Below are positions 34,689 to 43,413 of a stretch of DNA of 64,000 bases, in pieces. Numbering within the stretch: position 1 is the first letter of the stretch; each line of letters opens with the position of its first letter. The stretch is from a virus. Under the pieces are notes generated by a model that had not been told where the DNA came from, did not search any database, and saw only the letters and a program-made list of their open reading frames with translations. Made by a program: the position numbers and the translations under genes. The DNA is taken from the IMG/VR virus record IMGVR_UViG_3300048927_000209. One strand, given 5' to 3'.

Positions 34689-35351
34689 TTAGATCTTGCA
34701 ACCACCGCCATCGCACTCGTTAGAGGCTTCAACGACTTCACCGCCACCGGCTTGTTTCTCTTCCGCAACACGTTCTGCTGCATCCAGATCCAGTGAACTC
34801 AGTGCATCGATGTTGAAGTCGCCATCGGCGGCTGGGTTATTACCTGACATTGCATTTTCCTCTCTTTCGTATTGTTGCTGAAGTACAGCTTCGTGTTCGG
34901 CCTGAACCGGATCCCAGGCATCGGTTTCAACGAGCGTTTCACCAAACTCGTTAGCTGGGATGAAACCTGGGATCTCACCACGCTTACGTTGCGGTTCAGC
35001 TTCATCCAGTATAACATTGGTCGGCTCAACTTTACGCATCGCGACACCATAATGCAGTACCACGTCACTCAGTGAAATACTGCGCACATAGTTCAGGTTA
35101 GCGGTTGGGAGCTCGCTCTTAATGGTGTCAAGCATCCCCAAGATGATGAGTTTGTCACGCACTGGGTTGTGGCGGTGACTGTAAGCTTCTTTCAGCAGTT
35201 CAACGGACTTAACGAAGTCCAGTTGCGCTGGATTGCCTTCTACCTGAGTCTGCTCACTCAGACCGACGCTGATGGGGTCAAAGCGTGCGCCGTTGATGAA
35301 TACCTGCGTGAAGAACTCCTGCGTTAAAGCAGGCTTGGTTACATCGGTCAT
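34689..35351 (-). CDS. acidic hypothetical protein (220 aa)
   Basis: Track start is TTG; ATG 35351 with SD AAGGAA just after T10 terminator; C-terminus ..ECDGGGCKI. Confidence 0.55.
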   Translation of the reverse strand: MTDVTKPALTQEFFTQVFINGARFDPISVGLSEQTQVEGNPAQLDFVKSVELLKEAYSHRHNPVRDKLIILGMLDTIKSELPTANLNYVRSISLSDVVLHYGVAMRKVEPTNVILDEAEPQRKRGEIPGFIPANEFGETLVETDAWDPVQAEHEAVLQQQYEREENAMSGNNPAADGDFNIDALSSLDLDAAERVAEEKQAGGGEVVEASNECDGGGCKI

Positions 35352-35367
35352 AATGGGTTCCTTAGAC

Positions 35368-35395
35368 AAAAAAAAAAGAGGAGCCGCAGCCCCTC
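35368..35395 (-). terminator. rho-independent terminator
   Basis: Minus strand GAGGGGC-TGCG-GCTCCTC + T10. Confidence 0.8.
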
Positions 35396-35407
35396 AGGTA
35401 TAACATA

Positions 35408-35740
35408 TTAAGATCCGATGATCTGTGGGGCGTCTTTGGTCGGTGTATGTAACACACCTTCAATGACCACTTCCAGTTCACCGGTTGCGAGTTGGTTGAA
35501 GGTCTCAACCACTTTCAAAAGCTCGTGTTCACACAGATGCTTGTTCGCAATGTGACGTGCAACTGCTAACACCTGCTCAGGTTCTTTACGGGCATTCACG
35601 ATCTCACGACAGCAATTGCGAATCGCCCGGTTAGGTTGGCCACCGTGTGAGATAGCGGACGCACGTGCCAGCACCAAGTTGTCGAGCAGTGACTTGACCG
35701 CTTTCGACGCAGCGTCGTTAAAGGTAACAGTGTTATTCAT
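35408..35740 (-). CDS. hypothetical protein (110 aa)
   Basis: ATGA overlap with upstream ORF; canonical terminator downstream. Confidence 0.55.
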   Translation of the reverse strand: MNNTVTFNDAASKAVKSLLDNLVLARASAISHGGQPNRAIRNCCREIVNARKEPEQVLAVARHIANKHLCEHELLKVVETFNQLATGELEVVIEGVLHTPTKDAPQIIGS

Positions 35741-36336
35741 TTACCAATGGCCTCGAGTAATTTGCCAATGACGTGCGGAGTCGCCTGCTCCTTCATGCGT
35801 TTCAGAATACTGTCACGAATGGTGTAGTCATCACGGCTAAGTGGTCTGGTGCGGTCCCTCAAAGAGTCCAGCCAGGCGTTGTATTCATCCACAGTGCCGC
35901 GCAATGCCAGGAACTGCATGTTCAGTTGGCGGTTATTTAATTGTTCCCGACGCGTGGCATTCTCAAACCCCTGTTCAGGGTTGTGCATAAAAACCATTGC
36001 TGCGTCATGACTTTCTAACAGTTCAGCGCAATACTTATCGCATCTTTCTTTGAGGGCGATGTAGTTCTCACTGTCGCGTGGTATTGTTGTGAAGCCATCC
36101 ACCACCGCTAATACGCGACAACACGTGGAAGGCGAAATCTCGTTTGTCAAAGCCATTTTAATGAAGGCATTGACACGTGCAGAGAGTTCATCTTCTTTTC
36201 CTTGGATATGTGCGTAAGGCACGATGATCTGGCTGAGTAAACCAATAAAACCAGCATCCTGTCGGTGAGCGAATTTTTCGTGAGCGGCTTCCTCAAAAGC
36301 TTCGCGGTCTTTGGTTAGCAGTTTTTCCAGTTCCAT
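35737..36336 (-). CDS. hypothetical protein (199 aa)
   Basis: Leader CCTTAACTTGTAGGAGC 8 nt before ATG. Confidence 0.55.
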   Translation of the reverse strand: MELEKLLTKDREAFEEAAHEKFAHRQDAGFIGLLSQIIVPYAHIQGKEDELSARVNAFIKMALTNEISPSTCCRVLAVVDGFTTIPRDSENYIALKERCDKYCAELLESHDAAMVFMHNPEQGFENATRREQLNNRQLNMQFLALRGTVDEYNAWLDSLRDRTRPLSRDDYTIRDSILKRMKEQATPHVIGKLLEAIGK

Positions 36337-36348
36337 GATAATGCTCCT

Positions 36349-36359
36349 ACAAGTTAAGG
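36349..36359 (-). promoter_or_regulatory. conserved leader element CCTTAACTTGT (pre-SD)
   Basis: Minus strand CCCTTAACTTGTAGGAGCATTATC-ATG. Confidence 0.4.
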
Positions 36360-36398
36360 GTAAAAGAAAAAGCCTGGGACGAACCCAGGCCTTGTATC

Positions 36399-36977
36399 TT
36401 ACTGCGGCTGCTGCTCGCCATCACGGAAGACCGTGGTGTTGCGCACATCGAGGCCATCAATAGAGATGTTGTTGCCGTCGACTTTCAGACCGAGCTTCTT
36501 CTCTTCCAGGTCGAAATCTACCTGGGTGACTTTGATGAGCAACGAACCGTTTACATAGACCAGCTCATCTGGACCGTTGCCGGCTGTGTGATAGGCTTCT
36601 TCCAGACCTTCGATAGCCGAGTTTGCCAGTGAAAGCGCACGCTTGATATCACCGTCGAGGTCTTCACGGCTAACGTTAGCGTGTGGGACGAAATTGTGGT
36701 TGACTTTTACATCAGCCGTGTTCTTTGTTACGCTGTTGTTGAACAGTGCGCTACGCAGGAAACCTGAGGCATTGAGGAAGACTTTACGGCCATTGGTGTT
36801 GTCATCCAGACCTTGGTCACCCGACAGTTGCACCGTCAGACGAGGAGCCCAGGCGCCAGCACCACCCACTTGAATATCCAGCACGTTCAGACCGTCAATG
36901 GTAATCGACAGGTCGCGCAGATGTGGTTCAGTTTTGTTCAGTTCAGCGGTGGTAGTTGAGGCAGTAGTTGTGGTCAT
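36399..36977 (-). CDS. hypothetical protein (192 aa)
   Basis: SD GGAGAA; Thr-rich N-terminus. Confidence 0.55.
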   Translation of the reverse strand: MTTTTASTTTAELNKTEPHLRDLSITIDGLNVLDIQVGGAGAWAPRLTVQLSGDQGLDDNTNGRKVFLNASGFLRSALFNNSVTKNTADVKVNHNFVPHANVSREDLDGDIKRALSLANSAIEGLEEAYHTAGNGPDELVYVNGSLLIKVTQVDFDLEEKKLGLKVDGNNISIDGLDVRNTTVFRDGEQQPQ

Positions 36978-37049
36978 GGTGGTTCTCCGGTTTATTGGTC
37001 TAACAGGTATATGAAGTACAAAGAATGTTAAGGTTTACAACAGTACAAC

Positions 37050-37268
37050 TTACGGGTACGTGGGTAACCCTAACGCGGTGCGCAGGGCCATAGCAAATAC
37101 CATAACGGCAATGATTGTGCAGACCACCCCAACCGAGGTCATCCACCAGGCAACGGAGTAGCGGCGGTCGTTATTACGTACCGAACGCCAGCCCATACTG
37201 GAATAGCTGAAGCACGTAAAGCTACCCGCGAATACCAGGATCATTACTACGGCGATTAACTGAGTCAT
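37050..37268 (-). CDS. small two-TM membrane protein (72 aa)
   Basis: Track start is TTG; ATG 37268 with SD AAGAGG; two hydrophobic helices. Confidence 0.55.
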   Translation of the reverse strand: MTQLIAVVMILVFAGSFTCFSYSSMGWRSVRNNDRRYSVAWWMTSVGVVCTIIAVMVFAMALRTALGLPTYP

Positions 37269-37278
37269 GATCAACCTC

Positions 37279-37482
37279 TTATTTAAAGTGAGTGTACAGG
37301 GTAGAGATCAGCCAGTAGAGGCCGAACACGATAGCGCTCAGATTGGCTTCCAGTGCAACGGTCAGCGCACGTTTACTGTCACCATCGGCAAAGCTGCGAC
37401 CCATGTAGACGATCAACGTTGTTATAACCATGACGATCAAAAACACAACACAAATAAGCAGGTTGACAGGATAGTCAAGCAT
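37279..37482 (-). CDS. small two-TM membrane protein (67 aa)
   Basis: Leader TTTACTTGTGAGGAAC; promoter-like motif 37533-37542 upstream. Confidence 0.55.
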   Translation of the reverse strand: MLDYPVNLLICVVFLIVMVITTLIVYMGRSFADGDSKRALTVALEANLSAIVFGLYWLISTLYTHFK

Positions 37483-37529
37483 AGGGTGTTCCTCACAAGT
37501 AAAGGTTAATTATTTTACACAGATACACC

Positions 37530-37566
37530 TAGGTAATATAGCTATGTAAAAATCTGGATTACAAAA
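37530..37566 (-). promoter_or_regulatory. promoter-like motif (TTGTAA-N18-TATATT)
   Basis: Minus strand TTGTAATCCAGATTTTTACATAGCTATATTACCTAGGTG; overlaps the 3' end of mini-ORF 37559-37738. Confidence 0.45.
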
Positions 37567-37738
37567 TTTGCACGTTCATCAAGTCACCCAGCCAGATACC
37601 AAAGCCGACCATCATCGCCATCAGTAACAGAAGCCAAGCTAACATACCACGTAGAGATTGCCGCGTGGCTAATACACGGCTTACCACCAATGTCGTGGCC
37701 AATACAATCAAAACAAATGCAAACACAAAAGAAAGCAT
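37559..37738 (-). CDS. small two-TM membrane protein (59 aa, below ORF-track cutoff)
   Basis: Own translation MLSFVFAFVLIVLATTLVVSRVLATRQSLRGMLAWLLLLMAMMVGFGIWLGDLMNVQIL; SD GGAG; starts 2 nt after upstream stop. Confidence 0.5.
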   Translation of the reverse strand: MLSFVFAFVLIVLATTLVVSRVLATRQSLRGMLAWLLLLMAMMVGFGIWLGDLMNVQIL

Positions 37739-37740
37739 GA

Positions 37741-38274
37741 CTACTCCTGGTCGTTGTTGTGATACAAAGTGCCAAGGAACGGAAACACCGGCCGGTTTAC
37801 AGGATCGGTTTTCAATGTCTTGGCGATCTGCGCACGACTGTGCATCATCTTACCATACTGGTAATGAATGTGTGGAAGAATGAAAGCAATAAGCCAGCCT
37901 TCATCCACGTTATAGGTGCCGATGTGTTTTACCACATCTTCCGTGTAATGGTGCGGCGGGGTTGCGACATAGTCATCCTCACCCATGCTTTGGATGGTTG
38001 TCCAGAACCAATGTGCGAACAGACCAGGGAACCCATGCGAAGCAAGTATCTGCGGTGGCGGTACGCGACCCGCGTCCAGGTACACCAGTGAGTCACACCA
38101 GAAATTAACCAGGTCCGGTGTGAAGTCCAACCCACCTACTTCAACATAGAAGGGACGTTGTAAACTAAAGGCTTGACGAATCTTACCTGGATCATCCCCG
38201 GCGTCCATGATCTCTTTGGGCGGACCTTGCAGTAACATCGTCACAAAGGCCGCAACCTGTTGGATAGTGCGCAT
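37741..38274 (-). CDS. hypothetical protein (177 aa)
   Basis: TAATG overlap with upstream ORF. Confidence 0.55.
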   Translation of the reverse strand: MRTIQQVAAFVTMLLQGPPKEIMDAGDDPGKIRQAFSLQRPFYVEVGGLDFTPDLVNFWCDSLVYLDAGRVPPPQILASHGFPGLFAHWFWTTIQSMGEDDYVATPPHHYTEDVVKHIGTYNVDEGWLIAFILPHIHYQYGKMMHSRAQIAKTLKTDPVNRPVFPFLGTLYHNNDQE

Positions 38275-38855
38275 TATTCCTCCTCACTGATTTTTTCTTT
38301 AGGTGGAACAATGCGAGCGCCAATACTACTGATGACAAGTTCATCACCGCACCAGCGTGCCAATTGACGTATATCAGCCAGATACACGCGAGCGTTGTTC
38401 ATCATGACAAACTCGTAATCGTTCTCAACATACGCCTGCATCGGTGTGTTAATCATTCGCATGTAGGCGTTATTGAGTTCATGCGCATAATCACCAATGA
38501 TCATGGCCCGACCGAGTTTGTCCATGGTGTACGAATAACCCACCAGACCCGACTGTTCTTCTTTCGGACGACGCAGACACACGGACCCGCCTTCACGTAT
38601 TAACCCAAATCCAAACAGTTCACGACAACGTTCATCAACGTGATAAGCGTAAGCCGTCGCCGGGAAGTTATTCACAGCAACGCGTACCACAGCCGCGCCA
38701 TACCCTTGAACATTGTCGGGCAATGATGGCTGATTGAGCAGGGTTGGTAAATCCAGTTTCGCGTTCGGTGAATACAAAACCAGTTCTTCACCGCCAATTA
38801 ACTTTAACACAGCAACACCGATAGCTTCGACCATCACTTTAGGTAAGCCAGTCAT
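38274..38855 (-). CDS. hypothetical protein (193 aa)
   Basis: SD AAGGA. Confidence 0.55.
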   Translation of the reverse strand: MTGLPKVMVEAIGVAVLKLIGGEELVLYSPNAKLDLPTLLNQPSLPDNVQGYGAAVVRVAVNNFPATAYAYHVDERCRELFGFGLIREGGSVCLRRPKEEQSGLVGYSYTMDKLGRAMIIGDYAHELNNAYMRMINTPMQAYVENDYEFVMMNNARVYLADIRQLARWCGDELVISSIGARIVPPKEKISEEE

Positions 38856-38864
38856 AACAGATCC

Positions 38865-39023
38865 TTATAAAAAGAAGGTGGCGCGAATAAACACCATGAG
38901 GAAAAATAACATCACCAGGAAAATAAGGCAGGTTGTTGCAGTGCGGTTAAGATCAAAATACCCTGCAAGTTTGTAGGAGACCGCCACCATGACGATCACC
39001 ACCAGAACAATCATTAAGAACAT
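38865..39023 (-). CDS. small two-TM membrane protein (52 aa, below ORF-track cutoff)
   Basis: Own translation MFLMIVLVVIVMVAVSYKLAGYFDLNRTATTCLIFLVMLFFLMVFIRATFFL; strong SD AAGGAGG. Confidence 0.55.
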   Translation of the reverse strand: MFLMIVLVVIVMVAVSYKLAGYFDLNRTATTCLIFLVMLFFLMVFIRATFFL

Positions 39024-39031
39024 AACCCTCC

Positions 39032-39472
39032 TTAACGCCGGCCGATAGTAATACTCTCCCGGCCATTACGTTGTGTTTCAGCAGCACGTTTACGGCGAAT
39101 CTCTGCTACTGCACGTTCTGCATCGGTGGCTTTGATCAGCCATAGCTTGGTGAACCCTTTGAGGTTACCCGGGGTGTAGTTGAAGTGGTTGGGTTCCAGT
39201 GCCTTCGCAACCGTAATAAGACGCTCACCTTCTTGACGACGCGTCTTGTGAAAAGCAACATAGATGTGCTGTGCTTCCATCTCTTGCAGGATACGGCGTT
39301 CGTACATCTCTGCATTGAAATCGTTGTTGGCAACGGGCATGATAAACATGATAACCCTGACAGACCCAAAAGATGAGTCCTCGATGGTATTAATTAACAG
39401 AGACTGATGATGGACAGGGTTATTGCCCAATCCATTCAAAATACGTTCGGTGACAAATTTAACATTAGACAT
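39032..39472 (-). CDS. hypothetical protein (146 aa)
   Basis: Start moved to ATG 39472 (SD GGAGAC). Confidence 0.5.
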   Translation of the reverse strand: MSNVKFVTERILNGLGNNPVHHQSLLINTIEDSSFGSVRVIMFIMPVANNDFNAEMYERRILQEMEAQHIYVAFHKTRRQEGERLITVAKALEPNHFNYTPGNLKGFTKLWLIKATDAERAVAEIRRKRAAETQRNGRESITIGRR

Positions 39473-39489
39473 GGCGCTGTCTCCTAAAA

Positions 39490-39505
39490 ATGGTATGTAA
39501 TGCAA
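39490..39505 (-). promoter_or_regulatory. promoter-like motif (variant GCATTACATACC) in divergent intergenic region
   Basis: Minus strand TTTGCATTACATACCATTTTTAGGAGAC upstream of ATG 39472. Confidence 0.3.
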
Positions 39506-39519
39506 ATAGGGGATGGATC

Positions 39520-39933
39520 ATGTCAGATAACGTTGTGTTACCCAATATTCCATTGCTGTACTTAAATCACCGTGATCGTTTCCAGCTGACTGAAGATTAT
39601 GTAACTCCGGAAGTAATTGTACCGAAGGGGCTAATCACTGACGGCGGTACTATCCCTCGTGTGTTATGGTCCCTGTTCCCGCCTTACTACAAATACCTGC
39701 CAGCGTGTATTGTGCACGACTACATGTATCTGTTAGCCATTCGGGGCGTGGGGACAAAGGCAGACGCGGACTGGTTGTTCAAAAAGAACATTCAGCGCTG
39801 TGGTCTGGGTGCAAGCTATTGGTGGCCCATGTACTGGTTCGTGCGGGTGTTCGGCAGGCCTTCTTTAAAGAGCCATGCTGAGCTTCCTACGAGTCTCGTC
39901 GTGGTGCCTGATTTATTAGTCAAACCGGCATAA
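39520..39933 (+). CDS. DUF1353-like protein
   Basis: IVPKGLITDGGTIPRVLWSLF..ACIVHDYMY..ADADWLF matches DUF1353 (TDG.S.P...W....HD..Y....aD); ATG 39520 with SD GGGGATGG; only + gene in 48 kb. Confidence 0.6.
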   Translation: MSDNVVLPNIPLLYLNHRDRFQLTEDYVTPEVIVPKGLITDGGTIPRVLWSLFPPYYKYLPACIVHDYMYLLAIRGVGTKADADWLFKKNIQRCGLGASYWWPMYWFVRVFGRPSLKSHAELPTSLVVVPDLLVKPA

Positions 39934-39977
39934 GACCCAGGTAGGTACCCGCAAGGGCGCCTACCTGGTTTATGACA
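39925..39977. terminator. bidirectional terminator flanking the lone + gene
   Basis: CCAGGTAGG..CCC-GCAA-GGG..CCTACCTGG; + tail TTTATGACAC; - tail TCTTATGCCGG. Confidence 0.7.
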
Positions 39978-39978
39978 C

Positions 39979-40296
39979 TTAGAGCGCTTTCGCACCTTCC
40001 ATTGGCGGTACGTTATTGATCCACGGTCGTGCAGGACGACGCGGCGCAATACGGGTGCGTGGGTACTTACCGGCAAACGTCCAGTAGCCGTCTTTGACGT
40101 TACGGATAGCAGGCCAGTTATTCAGGCTCTCACTCGCACGCGCAGCATGCGGATAATTACCGTAGCCGCGCAGGAACTCGGTTGAGCACGTGACGGTCTG
40201 TCCTTCACGCCAGGAGGAATGACGGATCAGGTCACCTGGGTTCGCTTCTAAGGCGATGGCTACCAGACGACTGTATTGCTGTGTGTTTTGTTCCAT
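39979..40296 (-). CDS. hypothetical protein (105 aa)
   Basis: Start moved to ATG 40296 (MEQNTQQ), 13 nt after upstream stop; longer track ORF overlaps neighbour. Confidence 0.5.
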   Translation of the reverse strand: MEQNTQQYSRLVAIALEANPGDLIRHSSWREGQTVTCSTEFLRGYGNYPHAARASESLNNWPAIRNVKDGYWTFAGKYPRTRIAPRRPARPWINNVPPMEGAKAL

Positions 40297-40309
40297 GAAG
40301 ATTGTCTCG

Positions 40310-40507
40310 TTAATGAACCACAACGGTGTGTTCAGGCTTGCCGTTTTCGTCCAGGTAAATGATGGTTTCCGGCCCAGTGAACCACTCCACCGGGTTACCG
40401 TTAAATTGACAGTGATGCAGTTCGCGCATGCGCTGAGCACGGTACTTCGCCCAGCGACTACGGAATTTACCAAACAAGTTGACGACAGTACCCACGCGGT
40501 CACTCAT
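40310..40507 (-). CDS. hypothetical protein (65 aa)
   Basis: Track start is GTG; ATG 40507 (MSDRVG) 1 nt after upstream stop. Confidence 0.45.
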   Translation of the reverse strand: MSDRVGTVVNLFGKFRSRWAKYRAQRMRELHHCQFNGNPVEWFTGPETIIYLDENGKPEHTVVVH

Positions 40508-40508
40508 C

Positions 40509-40781
40509 CTAATTGATGATAACGAAGCGATCGTTATCGCGATCGAAGGAAACACCTGCGCTGTCTTTAATCAGGCAGTTTCCATTATCAAAGGCGGCAG
40601 TACCGCCCAAACGTTGAATAGCTTCACAGGTCGAAGCCGCTTCCTGACGGTTAAGTCCTTTGTTTCCTGCCAGCATAATTACGACGCCCACCAGGATGAC
40701 TATGGGGTTGAGGTTACACGCCCCGCGGTAGAAGACGAACATGCCAAACAGGACGACTACCCATAATAATAGTTCTAACAT
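40509..40781 (-). CDS. two-TM membrane protein (90 aa)
   Basis: SD AAGGA; LLLWVVVLFGMFVFY and IVILVGVVIMLAG helices. Confidence 0.55.
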   Translation of the reverse strand: MLELLLWVVVLFGMFVFYRGACNLNPIVILVGVVIMLAGNKGLNRQEAASTCEAIQRLGGTAAFDNGNCLIKDSAGVSFDRDNDRFVIIN

Positions 40782-40791
40782 AGCTGATTCC

Positions 40792-41469
40792 TTAGCTTAC
40801 ATGGAAATGGGCTTTGACGTCAGCCACGGTTTTAAACTGCTTCATGACGCTGTCTAGCTTGCGCATCAACACTGACTGCCCGTCGTTGCTGAGGTAATAA
40901 CTCGGGCCGGTGTTCTGCTGCTCTTCCAGCATTGCACGCATCTCTTCAGTACAGAAATGCTCCTGGCAAATCCAATCATTGCCTGCACCTTCCCGCAACT
41001 CAATGTAGAAGGTTTCACGGTCGGTAATGGTGATGTGGTCATCGAACATCAGGTGGGTGTAGAAATAAATCACACGTCCATCCAGACCCATGCTAGCAAT
41101 ACGGAAATCGTCCCAGCGTTTGAGCTCGGTCTCACGCATCAGGATCTCACACAAGTGCTCAAGCGTCATTGTGAAACGCAGATCACCAAAACGCCCCATG
41201 GGGTAGAGCTCGACGATCCCGTTGCGTAACTCCCAGTAGACCTTACCGTGTGTTGATTCAATTACAGCCGTCTCGACACGCACTTTGTGCGGAATTGACA
41301 GACACGTCTGTTTGGAGAAGATATTGGTAAACCCGAGGTTGTTGAAACGGATAAACTGCGACAACTCACTGAGGTTGTTCTCGCTGCACTTGATGACCAG
41401 TGTCTGGGTCAGTGCATTGACCAGTTCCATTGAGAACGAACGATTAATAACACGTAAAGATGAAGTCAT
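40792..41469 (-). CDS. hypothetical protein (225 aa)
   Basis: SD AGAGGAAA. Confidence 0.55.
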   Translation of the reverse strand: MTSSLRVINRSFSMELVNALTQTLVIKCSENNLSELSQFIRFNNLGFTNIFSKQTCLSIPHKVRVETAVIESTHGKVYWELRNGIVELYPMGRFGDLRFTMTLEHLCEILMRETELKRWDDFRIASMGLDGRVIYFYTHLMFDDHITITDRETFYIELREGAGNDWICQEHFCTEEMRAMLEEQQNTGPSYYLSNDGQSVLMRKLDSVMKQFKTVADVKAHFHVS

Positions 41470-41510
41470 GGTAATTTCCTCTGGGACTCAATTGCCCCGT
41501 TGAGTGTGGA

Positions 41511-42170
41511 TTATTTCTTTCTGTAAATATACCAGCTGTCGTGGATGCCATCAAACTGGATGGCGTATTCATTTAAGAACGCCGCATCAAGCTCTTCAAA
41601 CTGCTCGGGCTCTTCAAGTGTTGCAAAGAACTCATCACTGCCGGTACAACCACCCCAGCTCTCGCCCTGATAGATGAGGTATTGGCCCGATACCATTTTG
41701 CTGACGGTTTCCATCCCGTCATGCGGCCAACTCAGCACGACAATGTCGTACTGACCGACATCGTGATCACGGACGTCGCAGTGGATCACTTTACTGCCGA
41801 CATCTTTGTAACTACCCCAGTGACCATAGCCGTGTGACCAGTTATCAATCGCCGTGACTTTGATACCGCGGTTTCGCAGGCAATGACTCAGGTAACCAGA
41901 TCCTGCACCACTGTCCAGCACACGCTTACCGCGCATGAAACCAGCCAGACGACTAATCACTTCGGTAGGAAGAATAACAAACCCATAACGTGGCACATAC
42001 TTATCACGTGTCTCCCAGCCACCGCGCCAACCCTGACCGTTAAGCCAGTGTGTCCATTGTTTGTGGCTGAAGGTGCGATCATGAATGGGTTGACTGAGGA
42101 ATTTACGAAATAACTGCTCAGTGCGTTTTGAGAACTGCTTTTTACTTTCCAACGGGTAAGGGTAAAACAT
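41511..42170 (-). CDS. SAM-dependent methyltransferase (class I)
   Basis: Motif I RVLDSGAGSGYLSHCLRNRGIKVTAIDN; strong SD AGGAGG overlapping upstream stop. Confidence 0.7.
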   Translation of the reverse strand: MFYPYPLESKKQFSKRTEQLFRKFLSQPIHDRTFSHKQWTHWLNGQGWRGGWETRDKYVPRYGFVILPTEVISRLAGFMRGKRVLDSGAGSGYLSHCLRNRGIKVTAIDNWSHGYGHWGSYKDVGSKVIHCDVRDHDVGQYDIVVLSWPHDGMETVSKMVSGQYLIYQGESWGGCTGSDEFFATLEEPEQFEELDAAFLNEYAIQFDGIHDSWYIYRKK

Positions 42171-42173
42171 GGA

Positions 42174-42755
42174 TTAACCTCCTGACGAATGGGAAGAGGA
42201 TGCGTGTGCGGACACAGAGCGACCAAAACCACCGCGAGTAATGGTTGCGGATGTAGGACGACTGACAAAAGCGGTGCGACTGGTTTTGAAGTTACGCCCC
42301 GAGATTGCACTGCCGTAGTTCTTGCCTTGGGCATCGAAGGCTTGGCGGTACATCCCGCTACCAGGGCGGCTGGATGAGTACAGCGGCTGTGCATAATGGC
42401 TGCCGGTGTTGCCGTACATATAACCATACGGATAAGGCATCCAGTGAGTCGAACTGCTGGAGTAGTGACACTGATCACTGGAGAAGTCCTGCTCACAGTC
42501 TTTTTGAGTGGCGTACTTCGGACCAGTGCGATCGGCTTCCCGCATTGCATTGTCGTAAGCAGACTTACACTGTGCCGATTCAGACGGGTGTGCACGACTG
42601 CAGTCATCCGCGTTCTTGTACATAGCGACATCCTGATCAGCCACCTCATCACAAGCCACTAAGGCACCTGTGGAAGCAATCACGATCATGGAGACCTTGC
42701 CAAAATGCCATGCCTTACGGAAACGGTCATGGCGGATGTTCTTGGTTCTTTTCAT
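42174..42755 (-). CDS. YgiB/DUF1190-like lipoprotein
   Basis: MKRTKNIRHDRFRK..ALVAC (lipobox)..YKNADDCS..SAQCKSAYDNAMREADRTGPKYATQKDC..WMPY..TRGGFG closely parallels E. coli YgiB as I recall it; start moved to ATG 42755. Confidence 0.65.
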   Translation of the reverse strand: MKRTKNIRHDRFRKAWHFGKVSMIVIASTGALVACDEVADQDVAMYKNADDCSRAHPSESAQCKSAYDNAMREADRTGPKYATQKDCEQDFSSDQCHYSSSSTHWMPYPYGYMYGNTGSHYAQPLYSSSRPGSGMYRQAFDAQGKNYGSAISGRNFKTSRTAFVSRPTSATITRGGFGRSVSAHASSSHSSGG

Positions 42756-42756
42756 T

Positions 42757-42996
42757 TTAGTTATCATCGTTACCAGGTTTACCCTGCAGGAAGTTTTCAA
42801 CATCGATTTTAAGCATATCGAGTTTACCGTTCAGTTCCAGCTCGGAGACCATCGCACCGCTCAGATAACCTTTGAGGTATTCGTCGAGCTTAAGTGGGTT
42901 AACACGCTCACCATCCATCACCATCCCGTGACGCTTCATGTTGGCAACAATCACAGCAACATCAACTTCAATCTCAACAACAATCTTCTTTGACAT
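42757..42996 (-). CDS. hypothetical protein (79 aa)
   Basis: Leader ATTAACCCGTAGGGGA. Confidence 0.5.
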   Translation of the reverse strand: MSKKIVVEIEVDVAVIVANMKRHGMVMDGERVNPLKLDEYLKGYLSGAMVSELELNGKLDMLKIDVENFLQGKPGNDDN

Positions 42997-43013
42997 GACA
43001 AATCCCCTACGGG

Positions 43014-43370
43014 TTAATGGTGAACGATTAATGCGTCAGTCTTGGCCGCAGCCATTGACCAACTAATGGAACGACTGATCTGGTCGGTGAAGCGACCCTT
43101 CTCATCCACAACGATAAACATCGCGTTGGAGAGTCCTTTTGTCATGTTCTCAGCCACACGGGGGTCGTGCGGGTAAGTACGGAATTCGATACGCTCAAAC
43201 TGCTCTTTGCTCAGGTTCTCCTGAAACAGGGCTTTGAGTTCACTGCGACTACCCACGTCCGCAAAGACAACAGGTTTTTGGTCTGAATCGAATGCCGTTT
43301 TAACATACGCAAGGTAAGTTGCAATCATGACGTTGCTAAAACGGTACTCGGTTTTAATCTCTCTAATCAT
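43014..43370 (-). CDS. hypothetical protein, tandem paralog A (118 aa)
   Basis: MIREIKTEYRFSNVM..FIVVDEKGRFTDQ..LIVHH parallels the next ORF; SD GGAG. Confidence 0.55.
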   Translation of the reverse strand: MIREIKTEYRFSNVMIATYLAYVKTAFDSDQKPVVFADVGSRSELKALFQENLSKEQFERIEFRTYPHDPRVAENMTKGLSNAMFIVVDEKGRFTDQISRSISWSMAAAKTDALIVHH

Positions 43371-43380
43371 ACAAGTCTCC

Positions 43381-43408
43381 GGATATAAGAAGAGGGCCGA
43401 AGCCCTCT
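43381..43408 (-). terminator. C(UUCG)G hairpin
   Basis: Minus strand AGAGGGC-TTCG-GCCCTCT + TCTTATATCC (poor U tract). Confidence 0.5.
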
Positions 43409-43413
43409 AGGTA

